DNA of 64,000 nt from positions 124,001 to 188,000 of the forward strand of contig JBDRRP010000107.1 of the NCBI GenBank assembly GCA_043825735.1, given 5' to 3'. Origin of the DNA: Pseudomonadota bacterium (lineage in GTDB: Bacteria > Desulfobacterota > Desulfobacteria > Desulfobacterales > JBDRRP01). Below the pieces are notes generated by a model. That model was not told the DNA's origin. It saw nothing but the letters and a program-made list of their open reading frames with translations, and did not search any database. This document shows, piece by piece, positions 29,358-39,147 of this stretch (positions are counted from its first letter, which is position 1; each line of letters starts with the position of its first letter). Both the position numbers and the translations under genes were made by a program.

Positions 29358-31304
29358 TTGTCCCTATCTCGCGCCCTTGTCGCTTTTCTCTCGCTGCTGC
29401 TGCTGCTGATCCTTGCCGGGATCTTCATGGTCAGCATTGGCAACAGCCGGACGTTCCTGGAGGCTCAAATGGCTTCCCATGCCCAGGACACCGCGACATC
29501 GCTGGGCGTGACGCTGACCTCGGCCATCGCGCAAGGTGACGCGGCAGCGGCAATGAACATGGTGGACGCCATTTTCGACCGCGGATACTACGAATATATA
29601 AAGGTCACCGCCGCAGATGCTCAGATCGATTTCGAGCGGCGCAATCCCATGGCTGTGGCCCGCGTTCCGGCGTGGATGATCCGCCTCGTACCGCTGGCGT
29701 GCCCCGACGAGACGGCCGACATCATGAACGGGTGGCAGCCTGGCGGGACGGTGGCTGTGCGCAGCCACCCGGGCTACGCCTATGCCGAGCTGTGGTCCAA
29801 CGTAAAAGGTTTTTTATATTGGTTTCTTGGGGCCTGGGCTGCCGGCACGGCGCTGATGATCGCCGGGCTTCATTTTCTGCTGTCCCCCTTGCGCGAACTG
29901 GAGGCGCAGGCCGCGGCCATCAGCAACCGGGAGTTTCCGGTCATCGAAAAGCAGCCCTGGAGTCGGGAAATGCGGCGGGTGGTCGCCGCCATGAACCGCA
30001 TGAGCGAAAAACTCAAATCCATGTTTCACGATCAGGCGCAGTTTATTGAAATCCTTCGGAAGGATGCCTACACGGATTCGGTCACCGGCCTGTCCAACCG
30101 CCGCCATTTCGAGGCCCGGCTGCGGGATGTGCTGGAAGCCGCCGATCCGGCCTTGCCGGGCACGCTATTGCTTCTCTGCATCGAGGATTTCAAGCGTTTC
30201 AATCAGCAACAGGGGCGCATGGCGGGCGATGCGATGCTGCGCGCGGTCGCCGGCATCATTTCGAGGGCCTGCGACGGGCAGTCGGGTGAGGTGATGGTTG
30301 CCCGATTGAACGGCGCTGAATTCGCCGTCCTGGTACACGGCATCGATGGGCCGGCGGCCGATGAACTTGCCGGCCGGGTGCTCTCCGCGCTCGGAGCCCT
30401 GGACCGACAGGCCGGGTACGACAAGGCGTTGGTCTTTTCCTGCGGAATGGCCGATACCGCGGGTTGCGAGACCACCGGGCAGGTGCTTGCCGAAGCCGAT
30501 CTGGCCCTGCGCGCCGCCCAGACCTCAGGAAAAACCGGATGGCAGCGCGCCGAAAGCCGGGTTTGTCAGCCCCAGGATATTCTCACGGCCGGGCGACTGC
30601 GGCAGATACTTCAGGAGCACATGGATCGCGAGGCGGTGGTCCTGGCCTATGCGCCGGTGATTCGTCTGGTTGACGGGAGCGTTCACCACCATGAGATTTT
30701 GGCCCGGCTGCAGACCGATACCGGCGAACGGCTCGCGGCAGGGCTTTTTGTCCACATGGCCGAACAGATGGGCTGTATCGCCCGGCTGGACCAGCTGGTC
30801 ATCGAAGCGCTCGAGCGGCAGATGGCCTCCGGGGCGGCCCCGGCGGGAGATCTTGCCGTCAACATTTCGGCCACGTCTCTTCAAGATGACGGGTTCGTCG
30901 ACTGGCTGTGCGGTTTTCTTGAAAAACGACCGGATGTGGCCAACCGGCTGTGCATTGAAGCGACGGAGCAGGGTGTCGTTTCCCATCTGGATGCGCTGCA
31001 GCGGCATGTGTCGCGAATTATCGGTGTCTGCGCTGGGTTCGGCCTGGATCGGTTCGGCATGGGCGGTGGGCCGTTCGGCTACCTCATCCGGCTCAAGCTG
31101 GCCTATATTAAGATCGACGGGAGTTTCATCCGAGGCATCGCCGGCAGCCGCGAAGGTCAGTTTTTCGTCAATGCCATCGCCAACATCGCCCGCGGCCTGG
31201 ACATCCAGGTGGCGGCCAGCCATGTCGAAAACCAGGAAGACCGGGACACTCTGGTATCATTAGGCGTCGATGCCGCATTTGGGCGATGGCTCAACGGGAA
31301 GTGA
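29358..31304 (+). CDS. lapD: LapD-like c-di-GMP receptor (periplasmic, HAMP, degenerate GGDEF, EAL)
   Basis: SHAQDTATSLG, IFDRGYY, GWQ output motif, RLNGAEF (degenerate GGDEF), EIL, YIKIDGS. Confidence 0.92.
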   Translation: MSLSRALVAFLSLLLLLILAGIFMVSIGNSRTFLEAQMASHAQDTATSLGVTLTSAIAQGDAAAAMNMVDAIFDRGYYEYIKVTAADAQIDFERRNPMAVARVPAWMIRLVPLACPDETADIMNGWQPGGTVAVRSHPGYAYAELWSNVKGFLYWFLGAWAAGTALMIAGLHFLLSPLRELEAQAAAISNREFPVIEKQPWSREMRRVVAAMNRMSEKLKSMFHDQAQFIEILRKDAYTDSVTGLSNRRHFEARLRDVLEAADPALPGTLLLLCIEDFKRFNQQQGRMAGDAMLRAVAGIISRACDGQSGEVMVARLNGAEFAVLVHGIDGPAADELAGRVLSALGALDRQAGYDKALVFSCGMADTAGCETTGQVLAEADLALRAAQTSGKTGWQRAESRVCQPQDILTAGRLRQILQEHMDREAVVLAYAPVIRLVDGSVHHHEILARLQTDTGERLAAGLFVHMAEQMGCIARLDQLVIEALERQMASGAAPAGDLAVNISATSLQDDGFVDWLCGFLEKRPDVANRLCIEATEQGVVSHLDALQRHVSRIIGVCAGFGLDRFGMGGGPFGYLIRLKLAYIKIDGSFIRGIAGSREGQFFVNAIANIARGLDIQVAASHVENQEDRDTLVSLGVDAAFGRWLNGK

Positions 31305-31365
31305 TAGATCCGTTTTCACCAACTGCTGTGAGCGCGTGCGCTCAGCGAGGTAAAGCAAAAGCGAA

Positions 31366-33099
31366 ATGACCATTCATCCACGCATCCTGTGCATATGCAG
31401 CGGCATTTGCCTGATTACCGGCTGCCTGCTTCTCACCGGCTGCAGTCTTGGGGGGGGAGTGCAGAATGTCCCTCCGGGCATCGATGCCAAAGCGGCGGTG
31501 GACGCCTACCATGATGGCCAGCGCGCCTATGACGATGGCCGCTATGGCAGCGCCGTGTCCATTTTGACGCACGCATTGGCCGCGGCGCCCGGATATGCGG
31601 AATTGCATCTGCTGCGCGGCAAAGCATTCGCCGCCCTGGGCGAATACGGCCCGGCGGTGAGGGACTACGCCAAGGCGTTGGCCGGCAATCCGGACGATGC
31701 GACTGCCTATTACCTCAGGGGGTTGGCCTGGGAGCGGGCAGGGAATCAACAAATGGCGATCGCGGATTTTGACAGCGCCCTTTCAAAAGACCCTGGCTTT
31801 ATCGACGCCTTGCAGGCGATCGGATTGACCCACTTTCACAATGGCCAGTATGTGGATGCCGTGGCCGCGCTGAACCGCGCCATTGCCGAAAAGCCCGAGG
31901 ACCCCGTCGCGTTGACGTACCGCTGCGCCGCGCGGCTCAAAGCGGGCCATCCCGGCGGCGCCATCGAAGACTGCACGAAAGCGATCAATCTTGATCCGCT
32001 ATATGCCGAGGCGCGGTTGAATCGGGCGCTTGCAAGCGATGCGCTTCAAGACCGGGAGTCGGCCATGGCCGATCTGGACGAAGCCCTCAAACTGGACCCC
32101 GGTCATTTCGAAGCGCGCCACCACAGGGCGGTCATCAGCATGGAAATGGGCGATTATAAAAAGGCGGCAGCCGACTGGCAGCAGACCATCCGCCAGTCCG
32201 GGGAACTTCCGCAGGTGTATTTCAACCTCGGGTTCGCATTGCTGGAGATGAAGCGCTACGAGGACGCCGAATTCAGCTTCACCCGAACCATCGCCCTCAG
32301 CCCGACGGACTCAGAGGCCTTCTACAACCGAGGTTATGTGCGCCAGCAGCGGGGCAATTTCCTTGGGGCTGAGGCCGATTTCTCCCGCGTCCTGGATTTG
32401 CGGCCGGCGGACTACAAAACCGTCTTTTCACGCGGCCTTGCCTTATTGGGTTTGGGGCGATTCAAGGGGGCGGATGCGGATTTCTCCAGTGCGTTACAGC
32501 TTTCTCCGGGCTCTGCGGAGGCCCAACACGCCCGCGGCCTTGCCAGATTGCGGGACGGAAACCTCGAGGGTGCTCTTGCGGACGTCCGGCTGGCTCTGGG
32601 GCGCGAGCCCGGCAACACCGCATTCCGAGCCACGCTGGATCGCGTCGAGGAAGCCATGGTCGAGGCGGGCAGGGTCCATCGGGTGGCGCAGGTCGCTGAC
32701 GTTCGCACCGCCCCCACGGCGGCAGCGCCGGCGGTCGGCAAGGTCGCGCCTGGAGTGTGCCTCCGGGTGGATGACGTCGCCGAAGGCTGGTCACTGGTGG
32801 CGCAGGACCGGTGGGTCCCATCGAGTGCGCTCGCGCCCGGGGTAAAAACCGCCGGCTGCGCGGCCGGTGTGACCCACACGCTCATCGCGCCTGCAACGAT
32901 TCACCTCGGTCCGTCTGCGATCGCCGGTCCCAACGGCGCTCTCGATTTCGGTGCGCTGGTCTCAGCAGAAGACACCGTGGACGGGTGGCTCCGCCTGGGT
33001 TCCTATCGCTGGGTTCAGGCCCGGCATCTGCTGCCGGTCGTCCAGTTCTCGCCGCCTCGGATAAAGGCCCCGCCGATCCTGAGTTTCAAAAAGGAGTAG
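31366..33099 (+). CDS. TPR-repeat lipoprotein with C-terminal SH3-like repeats
   Basis: Lipobox LLTGC; many TPR units (AYYLRG, AFYNRG); two GW...WV motifs. Confidence 0.85.
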   Translation: MTIHPRILCICSGICLITGCLLLTGCSLGGGVQNVPPGIDAKAAVDAYHDGQRAYDDGRYGSAVSILTHALAAAPGYAELHLLRGKAFAALGEYGPAVRDYAKALAGNPDDATAYYLRGLAWERAGNQQMAIADFDSALSKDPGFIDALQAIGLTHFHNGQYVDAVAALNRAIAEKPEDPVALTYRCAARLKAGHPGGAIEDCTKAINLDPLYAEARLNRALASDALQDRESAMADLDEALKLDPGHFEARHHRAVISMEMGDYKKAAADWQQTIRQSGELPQVYFNLGFALLEMKRYEDAEFSFTRTIALSPTDSEAFYNRGYVRQQRGNFLGAEADFSRVLDLRPADYKTVFSRGLALLGLGRFKGADADFSSALQLSPGSAEAQHARGLARLRDGNLEGALADVRLALGREPGNTAFRATLDRVEEAMVEAGRVHRVAQVADVRTAPTAAAPAVGKVAPGVCLRVDDVAEGWSLVAQDRWVPSSALAPGVKTAGCAAGVTHTLIAPATIHLGPSAIAGPNGALDFGALVSAEDTVDGWLRLGSYRWVQARHLLPVVQFSPPRIKAPPILSFKKE

Positions 33100-33240
33100 A
33101 TCGTGTCGCCGCCCCGGAGGGCGGCGGGCGCGGATGGATATCGATTGCCAAAGCGGGGACACCGTTCGGCAGAGACTGGGCCCCGGTATCGGCCAATTAG
33201 TCGAAGGACATCGGCGATGGGTGGTTTCTCTGGCTACGGG

Positions 33241-33409
33241 GAATCCCCCCCCGGCCCCCCTTTTACAAAGGGGGGAGCCCCTCCGGCAACCATTTTACAA
33301 AGGAGGGAGTCCCTCCGGCAACCCTTTGGAAAAGGCCCCGCCGTCCAAGTCCCCCTTTGAAAAAGGGGGATTTAGGGGGATTCGAAAAAGGGGGATTTAG
33401 GGGGATTTT
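33241..33409. repeat. Cluster of CCCCC-TTT-n-AAA-GGGGG palindromes (REP-like)
   Basis: ccccctttgaaaaagggggatttaggggga and variants. Confidence 0.85.
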
Positions 33410-33659
33410 CAAAATGGAAAGTCTTTCGTTCTTGTGGTTTGACCACTGACAGCGCGTCCAACTGTCGCCACGGGACGATCATCATTCCGGTTCAGACACA
33501 GTTTTTCCCCGAAGGCCGAAACGCTGCATGGTCACCGTTGCTTTGATCCGCTGTTTGTGGATGGTTTTCGGTCGCGGAAGTACTTGACAGGCAATTACAA
33601 ACGCTGTAGCGTTGTGAAAATTCGATATAATAGATCGAAATTTCACAGGTGCTGGCATC

Positions 33660-34811
33660 ATGATCGATCGCCCCCAGTTTCTTCAAGAGATTCATTTTCA
33701 ATTCGAGGTTCACCCGGTCGTTGCCATTTTGGGTCCTAGACAGTGTGGAAAAACCACTTTGGCCAGGATGTATGCGGAGCGGTTCATCAATGAGACGGTG
33801 AACCGCTTTGACCTGGAAGACCCTACGCACCAGTCACGGCTCGAATCTCCGATGCTGGCGCTTGAGGCATTGCAAGGGTTGGTCATCATCGATGAGGTGC
33901 AGCGTTCTCCGGCTTTGTTCGAAGTGTTGCGGGTATTGGTCGACCGGGAAAAAAATCCGGCGCGCTTTCTCATTTTGGGCAGCGCATCGCGCGAACTCAT
34001 TCGACAATCATCCGAGAGCTTGGCCGGCAGAATCGGCCATATTGAATTGACCCCATTTTCGATTGATGAACTGGGCGTGCAACATCTCGCCAAGCTCTGG
34101 TTTGCCGGAGGCTATCCGCCGTCGGTTCTATCCAAAACCGATGCGATCGGTACTGCCTGGCGCAAAGCCTATATATCGACATTTCTTGAGCGTGATATCC
34201 CCAACCTCGGGTTTTCCATACCCCCCTCTGCGCTCAGACGGTTTTGGATGATGTTGGCCCATTACCATGGACAAACCATGAATTATTCGGAATTCGGGCG
34301 CTCTTTTGGTGCATCGGATAATACCATTCGAAGATACTTGGACTTGTTGACGTCCACGTTCATGATTCGGCAACTGCCGCCCTGGTATGAGAACATCCAA
34401 AAGCGGCAGGTCAAGGCGCCCAAAATTTACTTCCGCGACAGCGGCATTTTCCACTCTCTGATTGGCGTGCAAAACGCAGAAGAGTTGCATTTTCATCCCA
34501 AACTCGGGCCTTCTTGGGAAGGCTTTGCCATCGAGACCATTATTCGTCATTACAGAGCAGGTGAGGGGGAATGCTATTTCTGGTCCGCCTATGGCCGTGC
34601 CGAATTGGACCTGCTCATTTTCAGCGGGTCAAAGCGGATAGGGTTCGAGATCAAACACACAGATGCTCCAAAAACTACCCACTCCTTGAAAACGGCGATC
34701 AGCGATCTGCATATCGATCACGCGTTTGTCGTATATCCAGGAAAGGATTTTTTTCCTCTGACGTCAAGCATTGATGCCGTAGGGCTTGAGAACCTGGTGA
34801 GCGAAGGCTGA
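33660..34811 (+). CDS. AAA+ ATPase (AAA_14 + DUF4143 type)
   Basis: GPRQCGKTT, IDEVQR, LGSAS, ESLAGRI, KAPKIYFRDSG, ELDL..FEIK. Confidence 0.9.
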   Translation: MIDRPQFLQEIHFQFEVHPVVAILGPRQCGKTTLARMYAERFINETVNRFDLEDPTHQSRLESPMLALEALQGLVIIDEVQRSPALFEVLRVLVDREKNPARFLILGSASRELIRQSSESLAGRIGHIELTPFSIDELGVQHLAKLWFAGGYPPSVLSKTDAIGTAWRKAYISTFLERDIPNLGFSIPPSALRRFWMMLAHYHGQTMNYSEFGRSFGASDNTIRRYLDLLTSTFMIRQLPPWYENIQKRQVKAPKIYFRDSGIFHSLIGVQNAEELHFHPKLGPSWEGFAIETIIRHYRAGEGECYFWSAYGRAELDLLIFSGSKRIGFEIKHTDAPKTTHSLKTAISDLHIDHAFVVYPGKDFFPLTSSIDAVGLENLVSEG

Positions 34812-34938
34812 AGACCCGTATCCAGTTTCTTCAGTCATCTTGAGTTCTCCGTTGAAGAAGCAGAGATGGGCGGAGAATTTGTGTGCGCAGTGAATCGATC
34901 ATACGCCCCCCTCCGTTCTTGAAATGGCCGATCCATCC

Positions 34939-34974
34939 AAGTCCCCCTTTGAAAAAGGGGGATTTAGGGGGATT
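34939..34974. repeat. CCCCCTTT-AAAGGGGG palindrome copy directly after the exosortase stop
   Basis: Same motif as 33348-33380. Confidence 0.8.
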
Positions 34975-34976
34975 CA

Positions 34977-36068
34977 TCACCCCCGCCCCCCATCCACGCC
35001 ACCCCCCAGAATCGCCACAACCCGCCGGTCCTTCAGCGCGCCCTCGCCATGCTTGGCACGGATATGATCGATAATCCCCGCCTTTTCTTCTCCGCAGATC
35101 GGGCAGACGGTTCCACTTCGCATCTCTTTGAAGAGTTCGTCGCGCACAAAAAACAACCACAGCCCGAAGGGCAGAATCCACTGGTTGAGGATGATCAGCG
35201 CCACGAGGGGGCCAAAGGCGTAGCGGAAATGAAACTCGAGATAAAGCACCTTGATCAATCCGAAGATGAAGTAGGCTGCGACCAAAACGCCGAGACCGAT
35301 GCCGATCTGACGGGCTTTTCGCCGCCATCCGGTGTGCCGCGAGGCCAGCATGAGGGCGGAAAAGGCCACGAAGTGAAACGTGTTGAAAGTATCCGGGTAG
35401 CGTTTCAACTCTACGGGGACGGTCGCGGCCATTCCGAAAAGCGATAGCACCCAGCCAATGGCGAGCAGGTTGACACGAACGAAGGCCTCATCCAGAAACA
35501 GCCAGAGGATGAACAGGGCGCACGATGCGGCGGCGAAGCGCGCGGCAAACAGCGGCATGCTGTCTTTGGGGGGCGATTCGGCGGTCTCTCGAAGCCAGAT
35601 CATGCAGACAATGAGCACCATAAGGATCATTACGATCTGGCCGATATAGACATGGGCGATCTCGAACCAGAACCGCGAGTGCATCCCCACGATCACGATG
35701 AAGGCGAGCCTCGTCAGGTTGAACACAAACAGGCTGGGGATGCCGAGCGCCAGACCGAGGGCCTTGTGCCTGAGATCCGATGGATAGGCCAGCACGAAGC
35801 CGGAGAAAAGAATGATCACGAAGATCGCCGAGCATTCGGTGATGATTTTTACGCTGAATCCGGCCGTAGTGATGTTGACGCCCCGTACCGCCGCATCGAC
35901 GCCGAGCGCCGACAGGAGTATCCCGGTCAACGACGCCGTATAGGTGTTCATGGGGCCGATGAATGCCGTCGGCGGCAGATAGTTGACCAATGTATAGGAA
36001 ATGCCGCAAAAGAGAAGAAATTTGATCGTGAACGCAGCCATCGTTTTTTGAGGGGTGAGAGTAGTCAT
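34977..36068 (-). CDS. Exosortase/archaeosortase-family protein with extra membrane domain and C-terminal C2H2-like motif
   Basis: Triad motifs IITECSA (Cys), NLTRL (Arg), FEIAHVY (His); tail CPIC-x9-HIRAKH. Confidence 0.88.
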   Translation of the reverse strand: MTTLTPQKTMAAFTIKFLLFCGISYTLVNYLPPTAFIGPMNTYTASLTGILLSALGVDAAVRGVNITTAGFSVKIITECSAIFVIILFSGFVLAYPSDLRHKALGLALGIPSLFVFNLTRLAFIVIVGMHSRFWFEIAHVYIGQIVMILMVLIVCMIWLRETAESPPKDSMPLFAARFAAASCALFILWLFLDEAFVRVNLLAIGWVLSLFGMAATVPVELKRYPDTFNTFHFVAFSALMLASRHTGWRRKARQIGIGLGVLVAAYFIFGLIKVLYLEFHFRYAFGPLVALIILNQWILPFGLWLFFVRDELFKEMRSGTVCPICGEEKAGIIDHIRAKHGEGALKDRRVVAILGGGVDGGRG

Positions 36069-36333
36069 TACTGTTTACGTCCTTCAGCAACTCGATTTTC
36101 TAAAATACGCTTATGCAGAAACCTCCAGCAGGTCTCTTCCCACAATGATGTTTAACCACGGGGTCACGGAGGGCACGGAGATTTTGTAATCAAAATTAAC
36201 TACTTTTGATTTTCGCCGTGACTCAGTGGTAATCAAGCAGGTGTGGGGTAATGACCTTTGAAAGAGCACTATAGCTTCATAGAGAAGCGTATTCTAAAAA
36301 GTTCAGGTTAAAGTACTTGCCGATTTCAAGGAT

Positions 36334-36512
36334 GCCGGTGCTCCCCGGGAAAGTTCCCCTTTAGAAAAGCCTCTGCTGCTCATGTCCCCCGTTGAGAAAG
36401 CCCCCGCGGTTAAAGTCCCCCTTTGAAAAAGGGGGATTTAGGGGGATTTGGTATTTGGATTTCCCACGGCGCTAAGAAAATCCCCCCCGGCCCCCCTTTT
36501 TCAAAGGGGGGA
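36334..36512. repeat. Composite CCCCCTTT-AAAGGGGG repeat unit
   Basis: Several palindromes with flanks shared with 47610-47790 and 49499-49850. Confidence 0.85.
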
Positions 36513-36925
36513 GAAAAAGAAGCCTACGGCCCACTTATGGAAAATAGGGTACAACTGCTAAGGTGTTTACAGGGACCGGAGTCGGCCAAATATATACCCA
36601 GGCAGGCCGGTTGAGCGACTGCAGGAGGATGAATCCGCCGCATCGGTTTCCGTTCACACCATACGATGGCGGAAGGGTCGGAACAAGGCTGAAAATATAA
36701 CCTCTCAGCAAGCAGAACCGGCTAACCTCCGGATAGTCCTCAATCGAATTCTAACTTGACACGGGGCGGTGGTCTCTGATTTTTATCGGGGCTGGTCTTC
36801 CGAACGAATCGATACTCGACGACGTTTCGGATTTGGGAAGAACGATTTTTACTCCACCCAAAGTTCGACGGAATCCGAAATATTCCTGGGCACTTTGCTG
36901 ATCCGCCGCCGGCGGGTACCAGAAA

Positions 36926-36970
36926 ACCCGGGACCGGCTGCAGGTGCGGCCGGTCCGGGTCCTCTTTTTT
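36926..36970 (+). terminator. Intrinsic terminator in the leader of the 37005 gene
   Basis: Stem acccg-ggaccggctgca / tgcggccggtcc-gggt, then cctctttttt. Confidence 0.75.
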
Positions 36971-37004
36971 TAACGCGCCATTCAGCCTTCAACGGGTCGA
37001 TGCC

Positions 37005-37928
37005 ATGAGATTATACCAGCGAAATAGTGTTTTTCTATTTTGCGCGATGCTGGCCTGGCATGTCACGGTGGATTGCCAAGCGTCCTACGTGCTGGGCACT
37101 TCGACCAGCGCCACGGTTACGGTCAGCGAAAATGGCGAGACCGTATTCAGCGGCTACGACAGTATGCGGCATGGCGTTTATTCCGCCAGCCGTGCTTTCG
37201 ATTCACTTCCTCGGATTGGCGGTGGTGACATCATCTCAGCGGAGGGCCGCGCTTACGCCGACTCCGCCAGCGCGACCATTGGTGCCTATGCCCATACCAG
37301 CGGCAAAGGTGTTTTGATCGACCCTGGATCGTCGACCGCTGTTTATGCGGCATCCATCTCCAATCTGACCGTACGGTACCGGGTCGTTTCGGATATGATT
37401 CCGGTCGGCACTCCGGTGGACCTTGTCGCAGAACTGTTGTTTCACGGAACGATGGACATGAAGTATTACCCGGTTAACGGGTTTCTCGGTATCTATGACA
37501 CTGTGAAAGCGTATGCCCCGGACGATACCCTTGTTGCCCAACACCAAGGCGGCGCATCTTACAGCAGTACTTGGGGGGCGTCTGTTAATGGCGGATGGAC
37601 TTATGGGGCTGCCCGGGATCCAAATCTCGATTTCGATGTGAGTTATATCGGCCAGTTGCAGTTTTCAGGCATCGTCGGCGATCAATTCGTCTTCTCGATG
37701 GATTTGTCGACCAACCTTCAGGAAGGCTCTTATGCATACAGAAAGATCATTGAAGGCGATATTCAGGGTAGCTACGAACTTTTCGCAACGGATCCGGACA
37801 CCGGTTTGATCATGGATTCTGTTTTCCTCGAACCCCAACCGGTCCCGATTCCAGCCGCCGCCTGGTTTTTCGCATCCGGCCTGGCCTGCCTGTCGGGTAT
37901 ACGGCGCCGGTCACGGAAGAGGCTTTGA
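37005..37928 (+). CDS. Exosortase-target surface protein (VPxPA/PEP-CTERM-type tail)
   Basis: Signal peptide; C-terminus VPIPAAAWFFASGLACLSGIRRRSRK. Confidence 0.9.
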   Translation: MRLYQRNSVFLFCAMLAWHVTVDCQASYVLGTSTSATVTVSENGETVFSGYDSMRHGVYSASRAFDSLPRIGGGDIISAEGRAYADSASATIGAYAHTSGKGVLIDPGSSTAVYAASISNLTVRYRVVSDMIPVGTPVDLVAELLFHGTMDMKYYPVNGFLGIYDTVKAYAPDDTLVAQHQGGASYSSTWGASVNGGWTYGAARDPNLDFDVSYIGQLQFSGIVGDQFVFSMDLSTNLQEGSYAYRKIIEGDIQGSYELFATDPDTGLIMDSVFLEPQPVPIPAAAWFFASGLACLSGIRRRSRKRL

Positions 37929-37944
37929 TCAGTCAGGATCATTC

Positions 37945-38089
37945 CGCCCCCCCTTTTACAAAGGGGGGAGAGAGAGAAGACCCCTTGGATACGGTGGGGT
38001 AGTGGGAGTCAGGCGGTGAGGACTGGGGGTGAACACCGGTGCAACGCCATGACAAGTCCCCCTTTGGAAAAGGGGGATTTAAGGGGATT
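37945..38089. repeat. Pair of CCCCCTTT-AAAGGGGG palindromes
   Basis: Copies at 37945-37968 and 38054-38089. Confidence 0.8.
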
Positions 38090-38133
38090 CCGAGCCAGGA
38101 GTTTCGTAGGGAACCGCAAAAAGGACACAGAAG

Positions 38134-38300
38134 ATGAAAATGGGTTTGGCAATACTATCCGCCCTTGTCGCGTTGCTTTGTTTTTCACCCGGTGGCGTTG
38201 CCGCGCCCAGGAATCTATCCATCATCGGAACCGCCGGTTACGACAGCAACGGCGATGGGGCAATCGAGTCCTACAACCTCTGAAGGTGATGTGACTTCGT
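38134..38300 (+). pseudogene. Internally deleted remnant of a secreted DUF1566-type gene
   Basis: 38134-38283 gives signal peptide + LSIIGTAGYDSNGDGAIESYNL*, then out-of-frame EGDV like the RDGDV end of the next gene. Confidence 0.5.
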
Positions 38301-38391
38301 CATTCTCATCAAAGTGTTATCGTTGGAAATCAATCAAGGCCCTGATGGTGCCAATTACCGTATAATCGTTTCGATGAGGATTGTGAATATC

Positions 38392-39084
38392 ATGAAAGCC
38401 TTTCTTAGATTTCTATCGGTGGTCCTGTTCACGGCATTTCCGAATATGGTATCCGCGGAATTGATCGATCGTGGTGGCGGACTGATTTACGATACCGTGC
38501 TTGATGTCACCTGGCTTCAGGACGTTAATTGGGCAATGACATCAGGGCACCACAAAGATGGAAAAATGACTTGGCCGGAGGCCATGGAATTCGTCGCGAA
38601 CCTGAAATACTACGATCCGGTTCGAAAGGTGGCTTGGGATGATTGGAGGCTGCCAACGGCGAAAAACCGTGACGGCAGCGGCCCTGATCGAGGGTACTAT
38701 ACCCGGAACAGCGAACTGGGCCACATGTACTACAACAATTTGGGCAATCGCGGTCTTTACCCTGAAGAAAAAAACAAGATCGACGGCAGGGATAAATCCC
38801 GCGGCAATCCCAGAACCAGAAAAACACCGCAGGAGGACTATGGATTGAAAACCAGTGGACCGTTCATCAACCTGACGCTGTCCTCGGAATTCTGGACAAG
38901 CACAGAGGCCCCGCGCTACTCTCCAAAGGATGATCCCAGGCACCCGATCAATGCCTGGGATTTTTTTATGAACACCGGCACTCAGTCCTACTGCGACAAA
39001 TGGGACCACTGGTTTTTCGCATGGCCGGTCAGGGATGGCGATGTGGCTTCTTTAATCGAGGACAACAAAAGCGTGAATCAATAA
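38392..39084 (+). CDS. Secreted DUF1566/Lcl-C-like protein without a sorting tail
   Basis: Signal peptide, LIDRGGGLIYD...TWLQD, DDWRLP, SELGHMYY, FWTST, AWPVRDGDV. Confidence 0.85.
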   Translation: MKAFLRFLSVVLFTAFPNMVSAELIDRGGGLIYDTVLDVTWLQDVNWAMTSGHHKDGKMTWPEAMEFVANLKYYDPVRKVAWDDWRLPTAKNRDGSGPDRGYYTRNSELGHMYYNNLGNRGLYPEEKNKIDGRDKSRGNPRTRKTPQEDYGLKTSGPFINLTLSSEFWTSTEAPRYSPKDDPRHPINAWDFFMNTGTQSYCDKWDHWFFAWPVRDGDVASLIEDNKSVNQ

Positions 39085-39147
39085 ACCGTTTCCTGATGAA
39101 TAGAACCATTGTATATTTTCCGACTTTCACGAGACGTCACCTCGGCT

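Noticed and set aside
36597..36690. Minus-strand GEMM-like fragments (gaacggaaac...ccggcctgcc) upstream of the exosortase
   Set aside because: P2 with its AAA and GNRA elements is missing.
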